Below are positions 8,370 through 18,120 of a DNA stretch of 64,000 nt, in pieces; position 1 is the stretch's first letter, and every line of letters begins with the position of its first letter. The notes beneath the pieces were generated by a model that saw only the letters and a program-made list of their open reading frames with translations, did no database searches and had not been told where the DNA came from. Both the position numbers and the translations under genes were made by a program. Source of the DNA: an uncultured bacterium (GTDB taxonomy: Bacteria; Krumholzibacteriota; Krumholzibacteriia; Krumholzibacteriales; WJIX01); NCBI GenBank assembly GCA_964488475.1, contig CAZAUK010000015.1:1751-65750 (forward strand). The letters run 5' to 3'.

Positions 8370-10517
8370 ATGAAGTCAAGAATATCCGCCCTCATCTTAT
8401 TGTTTCTGATAATCGCTTTTTCGGTCTCAGCTCAGACGGATAGAAAGGAAACTTCCCGGGACAGGAGCGATCGAGGGCAGCGGCGGGAATATATAACAAA
8501 GATCGACACCATAATGGTGACCGCCGATAAGAAGGCGGAGAAGGCCCGGGAGGTGCCCGTAGCTATCTACACACTTTCGGGGTATGAGAAAGAAAGTAAA
8601 GGGATAGAGGATCTAACCGATATCAGTTCCATAGCACCCGGGTTTCACATGCCCGATTACGGTACGAACCTTACTTCACCGATATACATCCGGGGCATCG
8701 GAACCAGAATAAACGAGCCGGCTGTCGGCCTGTACGTCGATGAGATTCCGTATTTCGATAAGGCCACTTTTAATTTCAACCTGTTCGACATATCGAGAAT
8801 CGAGATTTTGAGAGGTCCCCAGGGAACCCTTTATGGAAGGAATTCACTGGGCGGCCTGATAAAGATCCACACCCGTGAATCCAGACCGGAGAGCGTCACA
8901 GAGATCAGATTGGGGTATGGTTCTTATGACCGGAGGAATATTTTCCTGAAACAGCATATACCGGTTGACCGGGAAAAATTGCGCATCTCCCTGGCGGCTG
9001 ACTACGGATATGAGGACGGCTACTACGATAACGTTTTCAGCGGCCAGACTATAGGGGGAGAGAATAATCTGGCCGGTAGAATGAAGCTGGACTATTTCAT
9101 CTCGGAGGATTCGGATCTTCATCTGATTCTGGAAGGCAGCAGGGCTGAAAACGACGGTTATCCCTATTCCATGACCGAGAACGGCGACTCCCTCTTCGAC
9201 ATAAGCTATGATCACGAGAGCGGGTATGACCGCGATCTTGCCACCGCGGGCCTGGTAGCCAATAGGCGGTGGAACCGCATCAGGATAAAATCCGTCTCCG
9301 CCTTTCAGCTGGTGGATGACCGCCAGGACATAGATCAGGACTTTACCTCTCAGGATCTGTTCAGGGTTCTTCAGGAAAGGAGGAACAGGTTTTATATTCA
9401 TGAGTTCAACATTTCGGACAACGATCCGGAAGGACTCAATTACGTGGGCGGCATATTCGGGTACCTGCAGGACCGCGACAAACAGGTGGATATGCATTAC
9501 GGACAGGACGCCGTCAGTAAGTATAATCTTCCCGGGGAGATGACCAAGTTCAAAAGCTATGACAAGAGCATAGCCGGCGGGGCTGTTTTCGGGCAGCTGT
9601 CCTACCGGGGGCTGCTTGCGGACGGGGTGAAACTCTCGGCGGGCCTGCGGTATGAAGCTGAAAGGACAACCTTGGACTACTGGTACGACAGGGAGATGAT
9701 GGGGAGCAGGTCACTGGAGGACGAATTTGAAGAGACTATGAACGACCAGGTTCTTCTGCCTAAGTTTTCTCTCAGTTACTTCTGGAGAGAGGACATGGTT
9801 CAATACGCCACCGTGACCCGGGGTTATAAGAGCGGTGGATTCAACTCCACCATAGAGAGGGATATCGACAGGACCTTCGGCCCGGAATTCAGCACAAACT
9901 ATGAATTGGGTTTCAAGGGCGATCTGCTGGGAAGATCGATGGTTGTGGGCGCGGCATTGTATTATACCGAATGGGAAGATCAGCAGGTCTATCAGCCCGT
10001 TCCCAGCGGTCAGGGAGCCATGCTCAAAAACGCCGGGGAATCCCACAGTCTGGGAGGCGAACTGGAGGCCAGGGTGAGGCCCTCCGCGGGTCTGGAGTTC
10101 TTCTTGAATTACGCCTATACCGAAGCGAAGTTCGATCGTTATCAAAGGGACCCTCAGACCGACTACTCGGGCAACTATATTCCCTATATTCCGAGAATGA
10201 CTGTAAATGTCGGGAGTGATTACAGGTATGGATTCAATTCCGGCCCGCTGAGTGAAATGAGGCTCCACTGCTTCTACCAGGGCATTGGAAAGCACTTCTG
10301 GAATGAGGCCAACACCATACAGGAGCAGTATTACGGGATCTTCAATATGCGTGTCACCGCGGCGGCCAAAGATTTCGATGTCTCGTTATGGGGCAAGAAT
10401 ATCTTCGGAAAGGATTACAACACGTTTCTGTTTGAATTCTCTCCCCTTCAAGCGGCCTTTGCCCAGAGAAGTCTTCCCGCTAGATTCGGCCTGACCTTTA
10501 CAGCAAGATTTAACTAA
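8370..10517 (+). CDS. TonB-dependent outer-membrane receptor
   Basis: Signal peptide. Plug-domain-like TGRNSLGGLIKI segment. Long beta-barrel-type sequence ending in an aromatic C-terminal residue (..TARFN). Start at ATG 8370 behind an AAGGA RBS; the ORF track starts at 8331. Confidence 0.8.
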   Translation: MKSRISALILLFLIIAFSVSAQTDRKETSRDRSDRGQRREYITKIDTIMVTADKKAEKAREVPVAIYTLSGYEKESKGIEDLTDISSIAPGFHMPDYGTNLTSPIYIRGIGTRINEPAVGLYVDEIPYFDKATFNFNLFDISRIEILRGPQGTLYGRNSLGGLIKIHTRESRPESVTEIRLGYGSYDRRNIFLKQHIPVDREKLRISLAADYGYEDGYYDNVFSGQTIGGENNLAGRMKLDYFISEDSDLHLILEGSRAENDGYPYSMTENGDSLFDISYDHESGYDRDLATAGLVANRRWNRIRIKSVSAFQLVDDRQDIDQDFTSQDLFRVLQERRNRFYIHEFNISDNDPEGLNYVGGIFGYLQDRDKQVDMHYGQDAVSKYNLPGEMTKFKSYDKSIAGGAVFGQLSYRGLLADGVKLSAGLRYEAERTTLDYWYDREMMGSRSLEDEFEETMNDQVLLPKFSLSYFWREDMVQYATVTRGYKSGGFNSTIERDIDRTFGPEFSTNYELGFKGDLLGRSMVVGAALYYTEWEDQQVYQPVPSGQGAMLKNAGESHSLGGELEARVRPSAGLEFFLNYAYTEAKFDRYQRDPQTDYSGNYIPYIPRMTVNVGSDYRYGFNSGPLSEMRLHCFYQGIGKHFWNEANTIQEQYYGIFNMRVTAAAKDFDVSLWGKNIFGKDYNTFLFEFSPLQAAFAQRSLPARFGLTFTARFN

Positions 10518-10528
10518 AAAGGCATCCA

Positions 10529-11791
10529 TTGAAAGCCAGACAGAAATACAGCATCCTCTTCAGTCTTTATCTTGCGCAGTCGATACCGATGAGCTTCTTC
10601 TCCACCGTTCTTCCGGTGATCATGCGGATGGAGAATTTTTCGCTCTCCAGCATAGGGCTTCTGCAGTTGATCAAGATCCCCTGGATACTAAAATTCCTCT
10701 GGGCCCCCTTCGTTGACCGGAACGCCGAAAGCGACATGCATTACAGGAGGTGGATTCTGGGCTCGGAGGCTTTCTACGCCGTTGTTATCATGGCTATCGG
10801 ATTTTTCGATCTCAGCACCCGGTTCACCACTATCATAGCCCTTATGATTTCCGCTTTTTTCATTTCCGCCACCCAGGATATCGCCTCAGACGCCCTGGCA
10901 GTTCGGATTCTGAAGAAAGAAGAGCGCGGATACGGAAACAGCCTGCAGTCCTCCGGAAACTTTCTGGGATCGCTCCTGGGCAGCGGAGTACTGCTGATAC
11001 TCTATTCAATTATCGGCTGGAAATATCTCATGTTCCTGCTCAGCGGGATCGTCCTCCTGGCCCTGCTGCCCATCTCGATGTACCGGCAGAAAGAGAGGGG
11101 AAGGCCTCTCTCACACCCGGGCAGCCTTCCCAAAGGGGGGGTATCCCTGAAAGATATTCCCGGATTCTTCAAACAGTACAGGATAGGCCGCAGAATCGTC
11201 CTGCTGGTTCTTTACTACTCGGGGATCATCGGCATCCTGGCTATGCAGAAGCCCTTCATGGTAGACAGGGGATATAACATCAAGGAGATCGCGTTTATCA
11301 TAGGCATCTTCGGCACGGCCTGCGGCGCCGGAAGCTCTTTTCTCGGCGGCTACCTCATGAAAGGTCTGGGAAATAAAAAAGCTCTGCGCCTTTTCGCTGG
11401 ATACGGATTTCTCAGCGCTGTCTATATGGCGGCTTTGACACTGTTCGATCCTTCGATGGTCTTTATCTATATCGGCGTGGCGATGATCTGGAGCGCCTAT
11501 GGGATGTGCGCCGTCGGAATTTATACCATATCCATGAATACGGTCAGGAAGGGAAGGGAAGGAACGGATTATTCCCTGCAGATAGTCCTGACCCACCTGA
11601 GCGGCCTGCTGATTGTGGTAATCAGCGGCAGGATAGGAGATCTGCTTGGATACGGGGGGCTCTTCGTAATAGAGGCCCTTCTGGGATTGACCGTCACACT
11701 GCTCATCGGGCGTCTCTACTACGACCCCGAAATGGCGGAGAGGACTGAAATATCTTCGGAAATGAAAAGAGCGGAGGAGAGCCCGGGTTGA
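10529..11791 (+). CDS. MFS-type permease (12-TM transporter)
   Basis: Multiple hydrophobic helices. AmpG/MFS-like N-terminal YLAQSIPMSF...LPVIM segment. Confidence 0.7.
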   Translation: MKARQKYSILFSLYLAQSIPMSFFSTVLPVIMRMENFSLSSIGLLQLIKIPWILKFLWAPFVDRNAESDMHYRRWILGSEAFYAVVIMAIGFFDLSTRFTTIIALMISAFFISATQDIASDALAVRILKKEERGYGNSLQSSGNFLGSLLGSGVLLILYSIIGWKYLMFLLSGIVLLALLPISMYRQKERGRPLSHPGSLPKGGVSLKDIPGFFKQYRIGRRIVLLVLYYSGIIGILAMQKPFMVDRGYNIKEIAFIIGIFGTACGAGSSFLGGYLMKGLGNKKALRLFAGYGFLSAVYMAALTLFDPSMVFIYIGVAMIWSAYGMCAVGIYTISMNTVRKGREGTDYSLQIVLTHLSGLLIVVISGRIGDLLGYGGLFVIEALLGLTVTLLIGRLYYDPEMAERTEISSEMKRAEESPG

Positions 11792-13161
11792 TAAGCAAGG
11801 ATCTGATAAATAAATACAACGTGGCCGGACCTAGGTATACCAGTTATCCCCCGGCAACCTGTTTCACCAACGACTTCGACGAAGAGGGTTATGTCCGGTT
11901 GCTGGGAGATTCCAACAGCGGGAAACCGCAGAATATTTCTTTCTATGTTCATGTTCCTTTCTGCCCCCGGATCTGCCATTTCTGCGGATGCAATACCAAT
12001 ATCTACAGGGATGAAGAAACGGTCAACCGCTATTTCAACGCTCTTGTTCGAGAGTTCGACGCGGTTTCAGGATATATAGAGGCGGGACGTGAAGTCACCC
12101 AGATTCACTGGGGAGGGGGGACTCCCAATTCGGTCCCCTTCCCGAGGATCGAAAGGATTATGAACCGGATCAAATCGAATTTCTCCGTCAATCCCAACGC
12201 CGAAATAGCATTGGAATGCAGTCCCGCCTATATGGATCTGGAAGACCTGCCCTGCCTTCGAGGCATAGGATTCAACCGGATCAGTATCGGAGTTCAGGAT
12301 TTCAATCCTGAGGTTTTGCGCAGGCTCAACAGAATCCCCTCCCGGCATCCGGTGGAAAAGATCTGCCGCGCCGCCAGGAAAGCGGGCTTCAAGGGGATCA
12401 ACCTGGATCTGATCTACGGCCTGCCCGGCCAGAGATATCAGGATTTTATGGCCAGCGTCCGAAGGGCCATAGAAATATCTCCGGACAGGCTGGTTACTTT
12501 CTCATATGCTCATGTCCCCTGGTTTAAGCCGCACCAGAAAAAGCTGGAGAAGTACCATATTCCCGAAGCCGATGAGAAAATCGAGATGCTGGTGGACTCG
12601 TTCAAGCTGTTGACCGCTTCCGGCTACCGGGCCATAGGGATGGACCATTACGCCAGACCGGACGACGAGCTCTATGTGGCTCTTAAGAGAAACGAGCTGC
12701 ACAGGAACTTCCAGGGCTACTGCACTCGGGAGACCACCGGGCAGGTTTACGCTTTCGGAGCTACCGCCATCAGCCAGCTGGCCGGCGGCTATTCTCAGAA
12801 CGCCCGTTCTCTGGAAGATTATATGGGCGTTATCGCAGGAGGAAGGCTGCCGGTCATGAGAGGATATCGCCTGAACAGCAGGGAAAAGATTATCCGCCGG
12901 GTGATCAATGAGGTAATGTGCAATCATTTCATGGACTTTGAGATAATATCATCGGAGAGCGGCATATCGGTCGAAGAGCTCAAGGAGATCCTGGAATTTA
13001 ATCCGGAAAAGCTGAAGCCCTTTATCCAGGACGGGCTGATGGAATATGAAGGCGACCGGCTTAAGGTCAATCCAAAAGGCTTTTTCCTCATCCGCAACAT
13101 CGCCATGGCGCTGGATCCCGCCCTGGAAGACAAAGACGGCCGGTATTCCAAGACTATCTGA
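11788..13161 (+). CDS. hemN: oxygen-independent coproporphyrinogen III oxidase (radical SAM)
   Basis: Radical-SAM CxxxCxxC motif (CPRICHFCGC). Characteristic HemN N-terminus KYNVAGPRYTSYPPA. Apparent TTG start overlapping the MFS stop (GTTGA). Confidence 0.85.
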   Translation: MISKDLINKYNVAGPRYTSYPPATCFTNDFDEEGYVRLLGDSNSGKPQNISFYVHVPFCPRICHFCGCNTNIYRDEETVNRYFNALVREFDAVSGYIEAGREVTQIHWGGGTPNSVPFPRIERIMNRIKSNFSVNPNAEIALECSPAYMDLEDLPCLRGIGFNRISIGVQDFNPEVLRRLNRIPSRHPVEKICRAARKAGFKGINLDLIYGLPGQRYQDFMASVRRAIEISPDRLVTFSYAHVPWFKPHQKKLEKYHIPEADEKIEMLVDSFKLLTASGYRAIGMDHYARPDDELYVALKRNELHRNFQGYCTRETTGQVYAFGATAISQLAGGYSQNARSLEDYMGVIAGGRLPVMRGYRLNSREKIIRRVINEVMCNHFMDFEIISSESGISVEELKEILEFNPEKLKPFIQDGLMEYEGDRLKVNPKGFFLIRNIAMALDPALEDKDGRYSKTI

Positions 13162-13173
13162 TCCAGTGGAGTT

Positions 13174-14559
13174 ATGACTCAAAAAACTGATATTGTTATT
13201 ATCGGCGCGGGCCTTACCGGTCTGACGCTTGCCCACAAGCTCGTTCAAAGGGGAAGGGACATCCTTGTCCTTGAGCGGAAGAGCCGACTCGGAGGCGTTA
13301 TAAATACGGAGTCCGCGGAGGGCTTCGTGTTCGAGGAGGGCCCCAATACCGGGTTGCTGAAATTCGGCGAGGTGGCGGAACTGTTCCAGGAGCTATCAGG
13401 CGGCTGCGAGCTGGAAATCCCCGATGACTCCGCTAAAAAGCGGTATGTCTGGAAAGGCGGCCGGTGGCACAGGCTTCCCTCGGGTTTGATAGGAGGCGTG
13501 AGAACATCCCTGTTCTCATGGAAAGACAAGTTTCGCCTGCTCGGCGAACCATTCCGTCCGGCGGGGACCGACCCGGAAGAGACCCTTGACCGGATGGTCA
13601 GAAGGAGGATGGGGGAGAGTTTTCTTCATTACGCCGTGGACCCTTTTATCCTGGGGGTCTACGCCGGCGACCCTGCCCGGATCGTACCCAAATACGCACT
13701 ACCCAAGCTCTACTATCTAGAACAGGACTACGGCAGTTTTATCGGCGGGGCAGTAAGAAAGGGATTCGAAAAAAAAGGCGAGCTGGAGAAGAAAGCCACC
13801 AGGGACCTGTTCTCGGTGAAGGGCGGGCTGGGCAATATGATCCGGGCCCTCACCGGCTCGGTGGGAAGAGAGAACATCCTTCTCGGAACGGAGCGTATCG
13901 CAGTAAAGCCCCTGGAGAGGGGTTTTGAAACCTCATGCAGTATCTCCGGCGAAACACGAAGAATCAGTAGCCGGCTGGTTGTCTCGACTATCGGATCACA
14001 CCAGATATCGGAAGTCTTTCCATTTATCCAGAGAGATTTGAGGAATGCGATGGAAAGTCTAAGATACGCCAAGGTCGTCCAGGCGGCTGTCGGTTTCCAT
14101 CGATGGGAGGGAATTCCTCTGGAAGGTTTCGGGGGGCTGGTCCCTCATATCGAGAAAAGGGATATCCTCGGCGCGATGTTCATGTCGTCATTTCTTGAGG
14201 GGCGCGCTCCAGAAAAGGGAGCTTTGCTATCCGTATTTATGGGGGGCACGCGGCGCGAGGATATGTTCCATAAAGAAGACTCCGAGATCGAGAGTATCCT
14301 GGCTGAAGAACTAACCTCGATGCTCGGCATTGAGGATTTCAATCCTGACCTGCTGAGGATTATGAGATATGAGCACGCCATTCCTCAATACGGGGTCGGG
14401 AGCGGCGAGAGACTCGGCTCCATAGAGGAAGTAGAAAAGAGATATCCGGGGTTGATAATCATAGGCAACATGCGAGACGGCATAGGTATGGCGGACCGGA
14501 TAAAGCAGGCCTGGGATATCTCCGGGAAGATCAACTGGATCTGGAGGAAGATTCGTTGA
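13174..14559 (+). CDS. hemY: protoporphyrinogen/coproporphyrinogen oxidase family FAD-dependent oxidase (HemY/PPOX-like)
   Basis: N-terminal FAD dinucleotide-binding fold IVIIGAGLTGLTLA...VLERKSRLGG. Size 461 aa. Adjacent to hemN. Confidence 0.7.
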   Translation: MTQKTDIVIIGAGLTGLTLAHKLVQRGRDILVLERKSRLGGVINTESAEGFVFEEGPNTGLLKFGEVAELFQELSGGCELEIPDDSAKKRYVWKGGRWHRLPSGLIGGVRTSLFSWKDKFRLLGEPFRPAGTDPEETLDRMVRRRMGESFLHYAVDPFILGVYAGDPARIVPKYALPKLYYLEQDYGSFIGGAVRKGFEKKGELEKKATRDLFSVKGGLGNMIRALTGSVGRENILLGTERIAVKPLERGFETSCSISGETRRISSRLVVSTIGSHQISEVFPFIQRDLRNAMESLRYAKVVQAAVGFHRWEGIPLEGFGGLVPHIEKRDILGAMFMSSFLEGRAPEKGALLSVFMGGTRREDMFHKEDSEIESILAEELTSMLGIEDFNPDLLRIMRYEHAIPQYGVGSGERLGSIEEVEKRYPGLIIIGNMRDGIGMADRIKQAWDISGKINWIWRKIR

Positions 14560-14711
14560 AATAAAGTGCTCTAATCGTTGAGTCAGAGCTGCCGCTCTGG
14601 TATGATGACCTCACGGAAAATAGAGGTGGGTAAGCGAAGGGCGGGTTAAACCGGAATGGGCGTTGAATTTCAAACGCTTGAACTCATTACCTGCCCGGAC
14701 AGAAGGATGAT

Positions 14712-16019
14712 ATGGGCGACCGGCTGATGCAAAGAAAGATTCTGCTTATTGCTCTTATCGCGGCCACCTCCGCAGCGCCGGCTTTCTTCATACGTCTCAA
14801 CGAGCCGTCGTTTCATCTCAACGCCTGGAAGCTGCTGGCCAAGATAGGGTCGCTGTGCGGTACCGCGCTAATCTTCTGGCAGTTCCTGCTGGGATACCGC
14901 CAGGCGGCGGCGAGGTGGGCTGCTCCCGACTATCTATGGCTCATCAGACTCCACCGGTGGATCGGTATCCTTATCGGGCTGCTGATCCTTCTGCACCCTG
15001 TGTTCATCACTCCATACTATCTCGAGAAGAAGGGGGTCCTGCTGTTCTCGCTGGGCCTTCCCGGGCCGCTCGGCCTCTTCGTACCACTCGGAATCGCAGC
15101 TCTGGCCATTCTCATATATCTCGTGGTCTCGAGCCTTTTCCTTCGAGAAAGGATAGGAAAGGACACCTGGTATCTCACACACTTGGGTAGTTATATTTTG
15201 CTTCCCCTGGCGTTCGTTCATTCTTATCCGATCGGTATGACTCTGGGGGAGACCGGCCTGAGATACGCATGGCAGGGTCTTTTCGCGGCCGCGGCGCTCT
15301 TCTATATATGGCGGATCCTGGCGAGGCTGGGAGTCTTCAGCGCCCTCTACAGGGTCGTACGGGCCCGGCGGGTCGCCGAAAACGTTACCGACATCGCCAT
15401 GCGGCCTGTTCGGGGAAGGCTGAGGCCCAAGGCCGCGCAGTTCGCCTTCTTCAGGCGCTGTAGAACCTGCCCCGCGAGGCCGTTTACGGTCTCGAAGCAC
15501 GATCCATCCAGCGGGGAGATCTGCATCACGGTCAAGGCCTCCGGCCGTGAGACGAGCCGATTCCAGAGGGTGGAGCCGAAGGACAATATATTTGTAGACG
15601 GCCCTTACGGCGTCTTTGGACGGGAGGTCTTCACTACGCGGCGTCCGGTTGTGATGCTGGCCGGGGGAATCGGCGTGACCCCTTTCAGGAGGATTATAAA
15701 CGAGCTGGCCGGGATGAGCGGGCAAGAGGCGTATCTTTTCTGGGGCAACCGGTTCGAGAAGGATATAGCTCTTCGCGACGAGATCGAAGAGGCTGGGCAC
15801 GTTGAGGTGGTCCACGTGCTAAGCGGAGTCGAGACTCACGAGGAGCTGGAGACGGGATACGTGGACCTGGATCTGCTGAAACGGAGGCTCGGCCCGGACC
15901 TCTTGCGATTCGAGTTTTTTATCTGCGGGCCTCCGCCGATGATTCGGAAACTCGAGGCGGCCCTGCTCGAAGAGGGGATTTCGGGCCGCCGAATCCATCA
16001 TGAGCTCTTCTCTTATTGA
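14712..16019 (+). CDS. ferric reductase / NOX-family flavocytochrome (ferric-reductase transmembrane domain + FAD + NAD(P)H-binding domains)
   Basis: Six-helix N-terminal region with paired His (HRWIG...LLHPVF; THLGS...FVHSY). FAD-binding RPFTVS. NAD(P)H motifs GGIGVTPF and CGPPPM. Confidence 0.75.
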   Translation: MGDRLMQRKILLIALIAATSAAPAFFIRLNEPSFHLNAWKLLAKIGSLCGTALIFWQFLLGYRQAAARWAAPDYLWLIRLHRWIGILIGLLILLHPVFITPYYLEKKGVLLFSLGLPGPLGLFVPLGIAALAILIYLVVSSLFLRERIGKDTWYLTHLGSYILLPLAFVHSYPIGMTLGETGLRYAWQGLFAAAALFYIWRILARLGVFSALYRVVRARRVAENVTDIAMRPVRGRLRPKAAQFAFFRRCRTCPARPFTVSKHDPSSGEICITVKASGRETSRFQRVEPKDNIFVDGPYGVFGREVFTTRRPVVMLAGGIGVTPFRRIINELAGMSGQEAYLFWGNRFEKDIALRDEIEEAGHVEVVHVLSGVETHEELETGYVDLDLLKRRLGPDLLRFEFFICGPPPMIRKLEAALLEEGISGRRIHHELFSY

Positions 16020-16441
16020 AGCAGCGGTCAGGCGGTAGTCCGGCCGGGCTGTCTTCTGCGGCAGCCCGAGGATTCTTAAGACATCCGCATGGATAAGACT
16101 ATATTCAGGATATTGGCCACCCAGATTATACCTATTTCCGAAAATCTGAAAGCGTTTCAGTAGTCGGAGACGTTCTTTATCGCTATACCCTCCGCTCCGC
16201 TCGCGTATGAACGGTATTCATATTCTGCGCCGTAGCCGTATGCCACTCCGGCCGTAACCGGTTTCATCACTGTGATGAGATTCGGAACCGGCAATTTTCG
16301 ACCGGCGGTCTGATCACAGGTTGGGGGTATCTGGTGGAATGAGGTCAGTAAAAGGTGGGAACTCGCAATTGCGCGGCGCCCCCTTTCCCCGATAGGCTTT
16401 AAATATGGAAATGATAGAACCTGAATAGAGGAGAAGGCCAA

Positions 16442-17020
16442 ATGGAAGTTCCCATGGAAATAGTCTTTCGGGATGTTGAGAAAACGCCGGAACTGGAAGA
16501 ACATATTAGACAGAGGGCGGATCAACTGGAAAAGGTAAGCAGTTCTCTGATCAGCTGCCGTCTGGCAGTGGAAAAGCCGAACAAGCACCAGGAGAGCGGT
16601 AACCCTTTTAGGATTCGCCTCGACATGAGGGTGCCCCCGGGACACGAGCTTGTGGTGGAGAGCAAGCCCCGGGAACACCCCATGCACGAAAGCCTTCACG
16701 CTGTCATCACTGATACATTCGATGCCGCCGAGCGGCGGCTTCGTAAGCTGACCGAACAGATGAGGGGAAAGGTCAAGGATCATCCTCATCAGGAAGGAAA
16801 CGCCTTTGTAGCCAGGATCTTCAAGGAGCAGGGGTACGGCTTCATCCGAGACCTCGAGGGAACCGAATACTATTTTCACAGGAACAGCGTGCTTAACGAA
16901 GGATTCGACCGGCTGGAGCACGGAGCAATAGTAAGATTCGCCGCTGAGCAGGGGGAAAAAGGCCCTCAGGCGAGCACCGTGGAGATCGTGGGCAAGCCGG
17001 CGGGAGGGGTGGGAGTTTAA
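16442..17020 (+). CDS. ribosome hibernation factor (HPF/RaiA) domain fused to a C-terminal cold-shock domain
   Basis: N-terminal ~105 aa matches HPF/YfiA (MEIVFRDVEKTPELEEHIRQRADQLEK...CRLAVEK...SLHAVITDTFDAAERRLRKL). C-terminal ~65 aa matches CspA-type CSD (GYGFI...YYFHRNSV...GAIVRF...GEKGPQASTVEI). Confidence 0.7.
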   Translation: MEVPMEIVFRDVEKTPELEEHIRQRADQLEKVSSSLISCRLAVEKPNKHQESGNPFRIRLDMRVPPGHELVVESKPREHPMHESLHAVITDTFDAAERRLRKLTEQMRGKVKDHPHQEGNAFVARIFKEQGYGFIRDLEGTEYYFHRNSVLNEGFDRLEHGAIVRFAAEQGEKGPQASTVEIVGKPAGGVGV

Positions 17021-17176
17021 GACCGGCGGGCCATGGTACAGGCCGGTACGGGCACAATTGGGAGATTCCACTTCTATTTGACTTATATTATCGGCGATGA
17101 GGTGTTTCTTCCCGGGGTGGGTTTGTGAAGCCGGAGTGAAACCGACCCATTCTTCGGGAGCTTCCCCGGCGCGGAA

Positions 17177-18115
17177 TCAGCTGAGCATTCCCTGAATAAT
17201 CAGATCGGAAGCCTCATCTTCGTCCAGGCCCCTGCTCATGAGAGTCTCAAGCTGTTTGGTGTCAACGCTCCCGATGGCTGCCTCATGAGTGACGTGTGCC
17301 TTGGGGTGGGTGACTTCCACAATGGGGATCGCGGTCGCAACAGCGCTGTCTCTTACTATCTCCTTGCAGTCAACGTGGCCTCTGGCTTGAGCCGCCGAGG
17401 CGGAGAGCCGGTTGAAAATCTCCGCCCGCGCTCTGTCCCTGAGGGCTATCTTGGATGTCAGGGCTCCCCGGGCCTTTTCGCCGGCAAGGTGGCCGGCCTC
17501 GCTGATCTTTATCCGGTCGTCCTCGATCCCGTTTATTCTGGCGGTTACGTCCATAACGCTTTCCGGTCCGCAGGTAGTCTGGTAGTCGATATCTATCAGA
17601 CCCACCCGTCCCTGCAGAAGGGCGAATTCGGTCCTGAATTCAGCCCGTTCAGCCAAATTGATTGAGGCACTTGGGTATACTTCAATTCCTCCGGCGTTCC
17701 CATGCACGTGCTTTTCAAGGTAGGAATAGCTGGCGCCCTTTCCGATCCGAATCTCCGCGTCCATGATATGCTGAACATCGAGGGCATTGGGAAAAACACA
17801 ATGAGCCAGGACGGAAATCTCAGAACCCTCCTCCAGCTCCACCTTCATATTGATCCGCTGGATACCTTCGCTGGGAATCATCCCGAAGCACATGTGGACA
17901 GTCTTTTCGATTCTGACACCCGCTCTCAGAACCAGATGCACATCTATTCCGTCGGGAGTCTCCCCGGCGTCCAATTCAAGCCCCTCCAGGGTATGGGAGG
18001 TGAGTATTCTGTTGTGGTTTATGGTAAGGTGCGCAACATCCGGGTCCTTCAGAACTTCTGCTTCCGTCTCCGTCTGGGAATAAAGTGACCTTATATCTCT
18101 TTTCAGCTCAGTCAT
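17177..18115 (-). CDS. sufD: Fe-S cluster assembly protein SufD/SufB family
   Basis: 312 aa. Beta-helix-type repeat region of the SufB/D family. Immediately downstream of sufC on the same strand. Confidence 0.7.
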   Translation of the reverse strand: MTELKRDIRSLYSQTETEAEVLKDPDVAHLTINHNRILTSHTLEGLELDAGETPDGIDVHLVLRAGVRIEKTVHMCFGMIPSEGIQRINMKVELEEGSEISVLAHCVFPNALDVQHIMDAEIRIGKGASYSYLEKHVHGNAGGIEVYPSASINLAERAEFRTEFALLQGRVGLIDIDYQTTCGPESVMDVTARINGIEDDRIKISEAGHLAGEKARGALTSKIALRDRARAEIFNRLSASAAQARGHVDCKEIVRDSAVATAIPIVEVTHPKAHVTHEAAIGSVDTKQLETLMSRGLDEDEASDLIIQGMLS

Positions 18116-18120
18116 AAGGA

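Noticed and set aside
8844-10295. Minus-strand ORFs (217 and 194 aa) within the TonB-dependent receptor gene
   Set aside because: Antisense frames. The receptor reading frame has clear family features.
14934-15815. 293-aa minus-strand ORF inside the ferric reductase gene
   Set aside because: Antisense to a well-supported flavocytochrome gene. The composition-driven open frame shows Arg/Pro/Gly bias.
16157-17071. 304-aa minus-strand ORF overlapping the HPF-CSD gene
   Set aside because: No recognisable domains and a low-complexity Pro/Arg/Gly-rich translation typical of antisense frames in GC-rich DNA. The plus-strand ORF has unambiguous HPF and cold-shock homology.
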